Shown here: in pieces, positions 16,340 to 24,959 of the stretch
How positions within the stretch are numbered: position 1 is the first letter of the stretch
Layout: each line of letters begins with the position of its first letter
DNA from: Chloroflexota bacterium
GTDB lineage: Bacteria; Chloroflexota; UBA11872; VXNJ01
Direction of reading: 5' to 3'
DNA length: 64,000 nucleotides
NCBI GenBank assembly: GCA_965203015.1
Contig: CBDBBM010000018.1
Coordinates: 153,861-217,860, forward strand
Translations under genes and position numbers: made by a program
The notes under the pieces: generated by a model
What the model was told of the DNA's origin: nothing
The model's database searches: none
The model's input: only the letters and a program-made list of their open reading frames with translations

Positions 16340-18091
16340 ATGCTGATGTCCAAGCTGTTTGGGAGAACGCTGCGCGAGGATCCCGCCGGCGCGACTTCGG
16401 CCTCGCACCGCCTGCTGGTGCGTTCGGCCATGATCCAGCAGCTGGGAACCGGAATCTACTCCTATCTGCCGACCGGCTGGCGCGCGCTGGCGCGCATCGA
16501 ATCCATCATCGCCGAGGAAATGGACCGCATCGGCGGGCAGCGGGTCGAGATGCCGGTGGTTCATCCGGCCGACCTGTGGAAACAGAGCCGGCGCTGGTAC
16601 GACGTTGGGCCGGAGATGGTCCGGTTCCGCGACCGCATGGACCATGACATGGTGCTGGCGATGACGCACGAGGAGATAGTCGCCGACCTGGCCGCCGCGC
16701 ACGTCTCCTCCTACCGCGACCTGCCCCAGCTGGTGTACCAGATCCAGACCAAATTCCGCGACGAACCGCGCTCGCGCGCGGGGCTGATCAGGGTCCGCGA
16801 ATTCGCGATGAAGGATGCCTACAGCCTGCACTGCGACGAGGAGGAGATGCACGCCCTCTACCGGCGGGTCGTTGACGCCTACATCCGGGTGTTCAGACGC
16901 TGCGGGATGGAAACGGTCGTGACCGAATCATCGACCGGGATGATGGGCGGCTCGACGGCGCATGAGTTCATGCTGCTCGACCCCAGCGGGGAGGACACGA
17001 TCCTGATCTGTCCGCGGTGCCGCTATACCGCCAACCAGGAAGTTGCGGTTTCGCGCCGGCTGGTCCCCGGCGATTCGGAACCGGAACCCCTGGAGGAGAT
17101 TGCCACGCCGGGGGCCGTCACCATCGAGCAGGTCGCCGGGCTCCTGGGCGTGGAGGCCGAATCGACCGCCAAGGCGGTCTTCTACTCCGCCGGCGGCGAG
17201 CTTGTCTTCGCCGTCATCCGGGGAGACCGTGACATCAACGAGGCCAAGCTCGCCGGAGTTCTCGGGGCCCCGGTCGAACCGGCCAATCCCGAGATGCTGC
17301 AGAGCGCGGGGATCGTGGCCGGTTACGCATCGCCGGTCGGTCTGAGCGGGCTGCGGGTGGTGGTGGACCACTCGATCGCCGACAGCCGCAACCTGGTCGG
17401 CGGGGCCAACCGGGCCGGTTACCACCTCCGCAACACCAACTACCCGCGCGACTACCAGGGGCAGCAGGCCGATGTCGGGATGGCCCGGAAGGGCGACTGC
17501 TGCGCGCACTGCGAAGACGTCCTGCGCGAGGCCCGCGGCATCGAACTGGGCAACACCTTCCAGCTCGGCTACGGGTACTCGGAAAAACGCGGCGCGCTGT
17601 ACCTTGACCCCGACGGCGAACCGCGGCCCTTCTTCATGTGCTCCTACGGCATCGGGGTCGGGCGCATCCTGGGCGCGGCGGTGGAGCGCTGGCACGACCG
17701 AAACGGGATGATCCTTCCACCCGGGATCGCCCCCTGGGACGTCCACGTCGTGCAGCTGGGCGGCAACGCCGACGTCACCGCGGCGGCGGCCGAACTCGTT
17801 GCCGGGCTCAACGAAAGCGGACTCCAGGTCCTGCACGATGAACGCAGCGTGAGCGCCGGGGTCAAGTTCAACGACGCAGATCTGCTGGGCCTCCCGCTGC
17901 GGGTGACGGTCTCGGCGCGCAACCTGCGCGCCGGGCAGATCGAGATCAAGCCGCGCGCGGCCGACGCCGCCCGGATGGTCGGGATCGCGGACGCGGTTGC
18001 AGCCATCGCCGAGCTGCACGGCAAACTCCTTGACCAGCACCGGCCGGATCGTCCGATCTGGGATCCGGTCAGCGAGCTGGACGGGGTCTGA
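16340..18091 (+). CDS. proS: Prolyl-tRNA synthetase (bacterial type with editing insertion)
   Basis: 583 aa with MSKLFGRTLREDPAGATSASHRLLVRSAMIQQLGTGIYSYLPTGWRAL and class II motifs. Confidence 0.95.
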   Translation: MLMSKLFGRTLREDPAGATSASHRLLVRSAMIQQLGTGIYSYLPTGWRALARIESIIAEEMDRIGGQRVEMPVVHPADLWKQSRRWYDVGPEMVRFRDRMDHDMVLAMTHEEIVADLAAAHVSSYRDLPQLVYQIQTKFRDEPRSRAGLIRVREFAMKDAYSLHCDEEEMHALYRRVVDAYIRVFRRCGMETVVTESSTGMMGGSTAHEFMLLDPSGEDTILICPRCRYTANQEVAVSRRLVPGDSEPEPLEEIATPGAVTIEQVAGLLGVEAESTAKAVFYSAGGELVFAVIRGDRDINEAKLAGVLGAPVEPANPEMLQSAGIVAGYASPVGLSGLRVVVDHSIADSRNLVGGANRAGYHLRNTNYPRDYQGQQADVGMARKGDCCAHCEDVLREARGIELGNTFQLGYGYSEKRGALYLDPDGEPRPFFMCSYGIGVGRILGAAVERWHDRNGMILPPGIAPWDVHVVQLGGNADVTAAAAELVAGLNESGLQVLHDERSVSAGVKFNDADLLGLPLRVTVSARNLRAGQIEIKPRAADAARMVGIADAVAAIAELHGKLLDQHRPDRPIWDPVSELDGV

Positions 18092-18207
18092 CGCTGGAGT
18101 TCCGGTGTCCGCAGTGCGGACCCGCGGTACCCGACCAACTGGCGCTCTGTCCTGCCTGCCGCGGTCTCCTGCAGCCCGCGCCGCGGCCGGTTTCATCATC
18201 AAGCGAA

Positions 18208-19188
18208 GTGTTTCCCGGACCCGGTCCCGGCATCTGGTCCTGGAGTCACCTGCTGGGCGTTCAATCCGATGACCACCCGCTTACCCTCGGCGAGACCGGG
18301 GTCCCGCTGCTGGAGCTGCGTCGCTGGGGCGCCCGGTTCGGGTTCGGTAGCTGTCAGACGATGCTCGAGTACCGCTCGCCCAGCGGGAGCTTCAAGGACC
18401 GCGGCGCGGTTCTGACCGCGTGGCGCCTGCGCCGCTCCGGATACGCCGGCCTGGTCGAGGATTCCTCCGGCAACGCCGGCGCCGCGCTGGCCGCCTACAG
18501 CGCCGCGGCGGGCCTGGATTGCCACATATTCGCGCCCGGGCGGGCCGATCCCCCCAAGCTGGCCCAGATCGAGGCCTACGGCGCCCGCGTAACGGTTGTG
18601 CCGGGGGCCCGCGAGGCGGCCCGCGCCGAAGCCATCGCGGCGGCCGGCGTGGAGGGGTCGGTCTACGCCTCGCATGTGCGCGATCCGGGGTTCCTGCTGG
18701 GGATGAAAACTTTTGCCTACGAGCTCTTCCGAAACCGCGGCGGGGAGTTCCCCGACCACGTCGTTTTCCCGACCGGCAACGGCGGACTCCTGCTGGGAAC
18801 CTTACTGGCCCTCCTTGACATGCCGGGTCTGCCCGGGGCAGATTCGGTCCGGCTGCACGCCGCCCAGGCCGAAAACTGCGCTCCGCTGGCCGGCCGCGAC
18901 CCCCGGGGAGCGGGCAGGCCCACCATCGCCGGCGGGATCGCGGTAGCGGCGCCGGAGCGGATCGGCCAGATCAAAGCGGCACTGGCCGCCAGGGCCGGGG
19001 ACGTGGTCACCGTTTCTGATAATGAAATCAAGCAAGCGCGCGCCGAGTTGGCCATCGACGAGGGCGTCTACGTGGAACCCACCGCCGCCGCCGGTTTCGC
19101 CGCCGCGGCCGGGATGGTGCGGGCGGGCTTGATCGGGCCGGGTGAGTCGGTGGTGGTGCCGGCGACGGGAACAGGATTGAAGGCATGA
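18208..19188 (+). CDS. Threonine-synthase-like PLP (fold type II) enzyme; true start probably upstream
   Basis: SPSGSFKDRGA lysine motif and SSGNAGAALAAY. The same frame is open back to a stop at 18031-18033 and encodes LEFRCPQCGPAVPDQLALCPACRGLL (18094-18171), but it has no ATG/GTG/TTG there. Confidence 0.8.
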   Translation: MFPGPGPGIWSWSHLLGVQSDDHPLTLGETGVPLLELRRWGARFGFGSCQTMLEYRSPSGSFKDRGAVLTAWRLRRSGYAGLVEDSSGNAGAALAAYSAAAGLDCHIFAPGRADPPKLAQIEAYGARVTVVPGAREAARAEAIAAAGVEGSVYASHVRDPGFLLGMKTFAYELFRNRGGEFPDHVVFPTGNGGLLLGTLLALLDMPGLPGADSVRLHAAQAENCAPLAGRDPRGAGRPTIAGGIAVAAPERIGQIKAALAARAGDVVTVSDNEIKQARAELAIDEGVYVEPTAAAGFAAAAGMVRAGLIGPGESVVVPATGTGLKA

Positions 19189-20015
19189 TGACCAAGATCG
19201 CGCGCATGACGCTGCCGGTGCTGCTGGCGATAACCCTGTCGCTGGCCGCCTGCGGGGACCCTGAACCGGAACCCGAACCCCGGGAACCGGTCCCGGCTGC
19301 GGCGACCGCAGCGGCCGCCGAGCCCGCGCCGGACGCCGCGACGTCCTCTCCAACTCCCCCGCCGACGCCGGAGCCGACCCCCGAACCCACGCCCGAACCC
19401 TTTTCCGCCGCCGGCTACATCGCACGGGTCGAAGCGAACCCGCCCAGCTCGGTCCGCATGTTCTCGGTTGTTGAGGAATTTGAGGGTCTTCCCGAGGGGA
19501 TCTCGTTCACGGTCGAAACGATCTCGGTGCCCGAGCACGGCGACCGGCAGACGCTGGGCCTGGACGTACTGCTGGAAGGCGAGCCGAAGGCACGCATCGA
19601 CCTGCTTCTGGACGGCGGCTTCATCTACATCAACCCGCCCGGCACCAACCGCTGGCTGCGCACCAAGCGCGACGATGACGAAACTGCGGCCGAAGTGCTT
19701 CCGATAACCGACCAGACGACCGGGTTCTTCGGGGCCCTGCCCGATCCGGACTCGCTCGAATACGTGGGCGAAAGCGACTGCGACGGGGTCCCCTGCCACG
19801 TCCTGGAGGGGGAGAAGATCACCCTCGAGGTGGCGGTCGAAGATGAAATACCGATCCGGTTCCTGACCAGCTTCGAGGACGGAACGCCGGTGGAGATAAA
19901 GATCACCGGCTGGGACGAAGGCCACGAAATAGACCTGCCCGACGACGCCCGCGACGTGCCGGCCAGCTCCTTCTGGCAGCTGGTCATCACGATCTTCTCC
20001 TCGGCGTTTGCATGA
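19185..20015 (+). CDS. Lipoprotein of unknown function (paralog A)
   Basis: MTLPVLLAITLSLAAC lipobox, a PEPEPEP/PTPEPTPEP linker, then NPPSSVRMFSVVEEFEGLPEG..., which is alignable with the next gene. Confidence 0.75.
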   Translation: MMTKIARMTLPVLLAITLSLAACGDPEPEPEPREPVPAAATAAAAEPAPDAATSSPTPPPTPEPTPEPTPEPFSAAGYIARVEANPPSSVRMFSVVEEFEGLPEGISFTVETISVPEHGDRQTLGLDVLLEGEPKARIDLLLDGGFIYINPPGTNRWLRTKRDDDETAAEVLPITDQTTGFFGALPDPDSLEYVGESDCDGVPCHVLEGEKITLEVAVEDEIPIRFLTSFEDGTPVEIKITGWDEGHEIDLPDDARDVPASSFWQLVITIFSSAFA

Positions 20016-20850
20016 ACCGGTGACGCTTGCGCGCGCGGCCGGGCGGATCCTGGCCACTGCGGTCCTGGCGTCGGTGGCCCTCCTGGCCGGGTGCGGTGCC
20101 GAGGAGAGGGGGCTGCCGACCGGCCCCACCATCGATGCCCCGTTCAGCGTGGACGGTCTGGCCCAGCACTGGTCCGCCAACCCGCCCCGGTCGGTGCGAA
20201 TGCGGTTCGAGCTGGCCGACAACCAGGTGCTCCCCGGCGATCTCGGGCTGCAGATCGAAATGGTGGCCGCCCGCGGCGAGGCCGACGCGGTGGCGGCCAG
20301 CCTGCTTATCCTGCGCGACGGACGGGTTGACCAGGAGCTCGAATTCCTGGTCACGCGGGACGCTTTCTACGCCCTGCCCAACGCCGACCTCGGCAACTGG
20401 ATCGTGATCGAGGGCGGTTCCGATGCGACCGACAACCTGCTCGACATCGACGAGATCCAGCCGGCCCTTGATCTATTTGCCGAATTCGGGGGCCTTGTCC
20501 ATTCCGGAACCGGGGCCTGCGGGGCCGAAGAGTGCCACTTCCTATCCGGCGAGGGCATCGAACTGGCAATCCACTCCGGGCACTGGATCCCGCGCTACCT
20601 CCAGCTGATTGCGGCCGACCCGGAAATGGCGGCCCCGCAAGCCCAGATGCAGGCCGCGGACGGCTCCGACTCGGAGGAAGACTTCTACGAGGGGGATATG
20701 GCCGAAGAAGGAATCCCGCAAGATCTCCGGGTTGAGGTGATCGGCTGGGACGAGGAAGTGGAACTGCAGGCGCCGGCCAATGCCAAGCCGGTGACCGAGG
20801 ACGAGTTCATGAGCGTGCTGTTCACGCTCGGCGCCCAGCAGCTGCTCTGA
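20008..20850 (+). CDS. Lipoprotein of unknown function (paralog B)
   Basis: AVLASVALLAGC lipobox, then NPPRSVRMRFELADNQVLPGD... parallel to paralog A. It overlaps paralog A by 8 nt. Confidence 0.75.
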   Translation: MHEPVTLARAAGRILATAVLASVALLAGCGAEERGLPTGPTIDAPFSVDGLAQHWSANPPRSVRMRFELADNQVLPGDLGLQIEMVAARGEADAVAASLLILRDGRVDQELEFLVTRDAFYALPNADLGNWIVIEGGSDATDNLLDIDEIQPALDLFAEFGGLVHSGTGACGAEECHFLSGEGIELAIHSGHWIPRYLQLIAADPEMAAPQAQMQAADGSDSEEDFYEGDMAEEGIPQDLRVEVIGWDEEVELQAPANAKPVTEDEFMSVLFTLGAQQLL

Positions 20851-21659
20851 TGGCCGCCGATCATCAAAACCTCAGCGGAAGCCAGCTCAGGGCGCTGATC
20901 CGCAACGGCCGATTCCGCGGCCCCACCGCAGGGGCGGCGGCCAGGTACGTACAGGCCAATCTGGTGGTGGTCGAGAACCCGGTCGCCGACGATTTCGAGG
21001 CATTCTGCCGGTCCAACCCAAAGCCCTGTCCGCTGCTGGAGCGGCTCTCACCCGGCGATCCGCGGCCGCGGCTGCTGGCCCGCGAATCGGATATCCGCAC
21101 CGACCTGCCGCTCTACCGGGTTTACCGCGGCGGAGAAATGGTCGCCGAAATCGAAGACATCAGCGGGTACTGGCACGACGGTCTGACCGGATTCCTGACC
21201 GGGTGCAGTTTCACGTTCGAAAAACGCCTGGCGGCGGCCGGGATCGACATCCGCCACATCGAACACGGCTGCAACGTCTCCATGTACCAGACCAGCATCG
21301 AGTGCATCCCGGCCGGACCGTTCGAGGGTCCGATGGTGGTCTCGATGCGACCGGTCGCGATGGACCGCGTGGCCGACGCGGTCTCCATCACCGCCACCGT
21401 GCCGCAGGTGCACGGGGCGCCGGTCCACACCGGGGCGCCGGAGGCGATCGGCATCGACGATCTCGCCTGTCCCGACTGGGGCGACCCGGTCCCGATCGAA
21501 CCAGGCGAAGTGCCGGTATTCTGGGGCTGCGGGGTGACTCCGCAGGCGGTGGCGCTGGCCACCGGATTGCCGGTGATCACCCATTCCCCCGGCCACATGT
21601 ACGTATCCGATCTGCTGGAGGCCTACGTGGACAAGGCAATTCCGGCGCCGGCGGGGTGA
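20850..21659 (+). CDS. DUF1445 / UPF0317 putative hydro-lyase (D-glutamate cyclase-like)
   Basis: SGSQLRALIRNGRFRGPTAGAAARYVQANLVVV...FCRSNPKPCPLLE...LYRVYRGGE...TGCSFTFE is the characteristic family pattern. Confidence 0.8.
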   Translation: MAADHQNLSGSQLRALIRNGRFRGPTAGAAARYVQANLVVVENPVADDFEAFCRSNPKPCPLLERLSPGDPRPRLLARESDIRTDLPLYRVYRGGEMVAEIEDISGYWHDGLTGFLTGCSFTFEKRLAAAGIDIRHIEHGCNVSMYQTSIECIPAGPFEGPMVVSMRPVAMDRVADAVSITATVPQVHGAPVHTGAPEAIGIDDLACPDWGDPVPIEPGEVPVFWGCGVTPQAVALATGLPVITHSPGHMYVSDLLEAYVDKAIPAPAG

Positions 21660-21666
21660 TGGCCAG

Positions 21667-22005
21667 ATGATGGGCATGATCTCCGGCCAGGTGCTGCGCG
21701 CCGTGACCGAACGGGTCCTGGCCAAGGTCGCCGAGCAGCTGCCCCGCCTGCTGGCCGAATACGGCGCCCGCGCCGGCCAGGTCGAAGGATCTGGGATTGA
21801 ACTGGCAACCGCCCGCGCCGAGCGCGAACAGCTCCGGGCCCGGCTGCAAGAGCTCGATGCGCGTTGCCGCGAACTGACCGGTCAGACCGCGGCGCTCGAG
21901 AATCGCCTGCAGAAGCGCGACGTGTGGCTATGGGCGCTGGCCGCGGTCAGCGCGGTGCTGGCCGTAGCCGTGATACTGCTGGCGCTGCTGGTCCTGCTGG
22001 GTTAG
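21667..22005 (+). CDS. Small coiled-coil protein with C-terminal TM anchor (hypothetical)
   Basis: 112 aa: ARAEREQLRARLQELDARCRELTGQTAALENRLQKRD followed by WLWALAAVSAVLAVAVILLALLVLLG. Confidence 0.5.
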   Translation: MMGMISGQVLRAVTERVLAKVAEQLPRLLAEYGARAGQVEGSGIELATARAEREQLRARLQELDARCRELTGQTAALENRLQKRDVWLWALAAVSAVLAVAVILLALLVLLG

Positions 22006-22625
22006 CCGGCCGCCGCCGCGGTTGCGGCGAACTGACCGCGCCGCGCCCGCCCCGGCGCCGGGGCCGCGGCTCCCGACCGCTCCAGGAGGCCGTTGGAAGG
22101 GCAGGTCGAGCAGCTACCTCCGCCGCAGGCGCCACGCTGCGAATCGCGCCGCCTGCCCAGGTTCTTGAGCTGCAGGGAAACGCCCCCGAACCTGGATTCG
22201 AGCTCCGCGCGCAGACCGGTGCCGGCGTGCGAGCGGTCGCAGCGGAACCTGAATCGCAGCCGCCGCCCGTCGAAGCTGTAATCGGCGTGGACCGAGGAGA
22301 CCTCGAGCCCGCAGATAAACGCGGCCCGGAAGAATTCCATGCGCGCGGCGACTTCACCCAGGACCTGGCGGTGCTGACTGGAAAGATCGGCATCCGAAGC
22401 CGGGCGCAGGACTTTGCGGCCCTGCAGCGGCGCATCGGTGGTGGACGGGGCGGTCGCCAGCACTACCTTGGCGATCTCAGGGCCGGTGGAGGTGGCAACG
22501 ATCGCCATTTCCCCTACCCCGATGTCCACGCCGTTGGCATCGCACAGCAGCAATCGGCGGCTGCGCCGCAGGCGCACGCCGGCCACCAGGTTCGGCGGCA
22601 AAGCGCGGGGCGCGGAAGGTCTCAT
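22002..22625 (-). CDS. PSP1 domain protein (YaaT/RicT-like)
   Basis: Taking ATG 22625 (MRPSAPRALPPNLVAGVRLRRSRRLLLCDANGVDIGVGEMAIVATSTGPEIAKVV...SSVHADYSFDGRRLRFRFRCD...RAELESRFGGVSLQLKNLG) gives a standard PSP1 layout. The 70-aa extension in the track ORF is basic and low-complexity. Confidence 0.75.
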   Translation of the reverse strand: MRPSAPRALPPNLVAGVRLRRSRRLLLCDANGVDIGVGEMAIVATSTGPEIAKVVLATAPSTTDAPLQGRKVLRPASDADLSSQHRQVLGEVAARMEFFRAAFICGLEVSSVHADYSFDGRRLRFRFRCDRSHAGTGLRAELESRFGGVSLQLKNLGRRRDSQRGACGGGSCSTCPSNGLLERSGAAAPAPGRARRGQFAATAAAAG

Positions 22626-22940
22626 GGCAAGCACCGCAGATTTTATGAATGCGCCGCGGCCGCCCGATTGATCCGGGGCTTGAAAGCAGGCGCAGATTTG
22701 CGCATGGCGCGGGCGAAAATCCGAGTGCGGGCCGGCTCCAACCCGCCGATGGGCGCGCCGCAGCCCGAAAGCGATGCGCCTGCTCCGCTGGTAGCCACGG
22801 TTGCGGTGGCGGCCACCGATCAGGAACGCTAACAAAGAAGGATCAGCTGCCGGTGGTCAATCCGAATCCCGATTCGTGCGCACCCGGCGGACCCGGGCGC
22901 CGGCACGCCGCGGGAACCCGCCTGATTTGATGGCCGCTTC

Positions 22941-24488
22941 GTGACCCGCACGCCGCCGCTGGCGGGCCTGCTCAGGAAGCTGGCCGGTCTTGAGCCCTAC
23001 GCGGTCGTTTTCGCGGCAAGTGCGGTAACGCTGATCATCGAAATCGTGGCTGCGCGGATCCTGGCGCCGCACATCGGCGTGTCGGTCTACACGTGGACCA
23101 GTGTCATCGGGGTGATCCTGGCCGGCATCAGCCTGGGGAACTGGCTGGGAGGCGTACTGGCCGATCGGGCCGCCTCGCGCGCGCTGCTGGGCCTTATCCT
23201 GCTGGCCGGGGCCGCCGCCACGCTCCTGATACTGCCGCTGGCCCAGCTCGCGCCCGGCTGGGTGGGCCAGTTGCCACTGCTGCTAAGGATCGTACTCCTG
23301 ACCGGGATGCTGTTCCTGGCCCCGGCCCTGGTTCTCGGCATGGTCTCGCCGCTGGTCATCAAGCTGACGCTCTCTGATATCTCGGTGACCGGCAACGTCG
23401 TCGGCAGGATTTACGCCGTCTCCACCGCGGGCGCGATCGTCGGGGTTTTCCTGACCGGGTTCGTACTCATCCAGGCCCTGGGGTCGCGCGAAACGCTGCT
23501 GGTGCTGGCCGTGTTCACGGCGCTGATGGCGATCGGGACGGGCCGCCTGTGGCAGATCCCGGCCAGGCTGCTCGCGGGGGTCCTGCTCCTGGGCGCGCTG
23601 GGGGTGTTCGCCTGGTCGCAGCAGTCATTTGCAAGCGGGTGCATCACCGAGAGCAACTACTACTGCATAAAGGTATGGGAAAGGGAACTGGAGGGCGACG
23701 AGACGGTCAGGGTGCTGGCCCTGGACCGGTTGGTCCACAGCTACTCCCGGCCCGAAGACCCCACTTACCTGCATTACAGCTACCAGCGCGCTTTCGCATC
23801 GGTGGCGGAAGTAATCGCCGAGGACAAGCCCGGTTTTTCGTCCCTTTTCGTGGGCGGCGGCGGCTACGAACTACCGCGCTATTTCGATGCCGTCTACCCG
23901 CAGGGTTCGGTCGAAGTCATCGAGATCGACCCGCAGGTGACCGCCACCGCCCATGCCTACCTGGGCCTGGACCGCGCCGGCGACGTCGTCACGATAAACG
24001 AGGACGCCCGCATGGCCCTGCCCCGGCGCCGGGCGGATTCCCTCGATCTGGTGATCGGGGACGCTTTCAACGATCTTTCGGTTCCCTACCACCTCACGAC
24101 GCTGGAATTTAACCGGGAAATCCAGCGCGTGCTCGCCCCCGGCGGCGTCTACGCGGTCAACATCGTGGACGCGCCCGGTCCGGGCCTGTTCCTGCGTTCC
24201 TTCGTCCACACCCTGCGGCAGACCTTCGACGACGTGGCGCTGATGCCGGTAACCCACGGGCTCGATTTCCAGGACCGCATGTCGACCCTGGTGCTGGCGT
24301 CGGACGAACCGATCGACCGGGCAGGTCTGAACTCGTATTTCCGGAACGCGCGATTGCGGTCGGAAGGCAGGGTGGTTTCAGACCGCGATCTTGCGGCATG
24401 GATGGCTGAACGCGAGCCGATTCTGATCACCGACAATCACGCCCCGGTGGACAACTTCCTGGCGCCGCTGTTCCTCAAACGCGCCTAG
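22941..24488 (+). CDS. Fused polytopic membrane domain / spermidine-synthase-like methyltransferase
   Basis: 515 aa. N-terminal TM helices (VVFAASAVTLIIEIVAARILAPHIGVSVYTWTSVIGVILAGISLGNWLGG). The C-terminus has FVGGGGYELPRYF, VEVIEIDPQV, DLVIGDAFNDLSVPYHLTTLEF and LAPGGVYAVNI. Confidence 0.85.
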   Translation: MTRTPPLAGLLRKLAGLEPYAVVFAASAVTLIIEIVAARILAPHIGVSVYTWTSVIGVILAGISLGNWLGGVLADRAASRALLGLILLAGAAATLLILPLAQLAPGWVGQLPLLLRIVLLTGMLFLAPALVLGMVSPLVIKLTLSDISVTGNVVGRIYAVSTAGAIVGVFLTGFVLIQALGSRETLLVLAVFTALMAIGTGRLWQIPARLLAGVLLLGALGVFAWSQQSFASGCITESNYYCIKVWERELEGDETVRVLALDRLVHSYSRPEDPTYLHYSYQRAFASVAEVIAEDKPGFSSLFVGGGGYELPRYFDAVYPQGSVEVIEIDPQVTATAHAYLGLDRAGDVVTINEDARMALPRRRADSLDLVIGDAFNDLSVPYHLTTLEFNREIQRVLAPGGVYAVNIVDAPGPGLFLRSFVHTLRQTFDDVALMPVTHGLDFQDRMSTLVLASDEPIDRAGLNSYFRNARLRSEGRVVSDRDLAAWMAEREPILITDNHAPVDNFLAPLFLKRA

Positions 24489-24959
24489 GCGCTCCATTTT
24501 TTCAGGGTTTCGGGCCGGCGGATGTTCCGCTGATGGGCATAGATAAATTCGGGAATTACATACTTGGGTTGACGGAACGCCAACCAGCCTGCATTCTCCC
24601 GGCTTCGCCGAATTACAGCGGCAATAGCCCCGCGAAAACCGTTGCAAGAACATCCCGGTGCGCGCCGTGATTGCGGACAGGGTCTGGCCCACGAAGGGCA
24701 GACGCGCCACCGGTCCGTCGGAGGGGCAACGGTCCGTCCGCATGTCACCGCCAGAACAACGTCAATATCCCTGCCCGGCAAATTCAGTCGCAGTCGGTCG
24801 CCGCCCCCGCGAAGGCGAGCCAGGGATTTTCGACCGGGCCGGGCGCGGCAGCCCAACTCTGCCGGCCGGACGCGGGCGATCTTCCACCGCCTACGCCGGC
24901 CGATGAATGCCCGCGCGTTCTCTACAGCACCGGCCCGGCCGGTTGCAACGAGCGTTATA

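Noticed and set aside
13500-19200. A ThiS/MoaD/CysO-like sulfur-carrier ORF ending in Gly-Gly near the rhodanese/MoeB genes
   Set aside because: None of the listed ORFs of 60 aa or more in the intergenic or same-strand space fits. Intergenic gaps are too short (28-75 nt). ORFs under 60 aa were not exhaustively checked.
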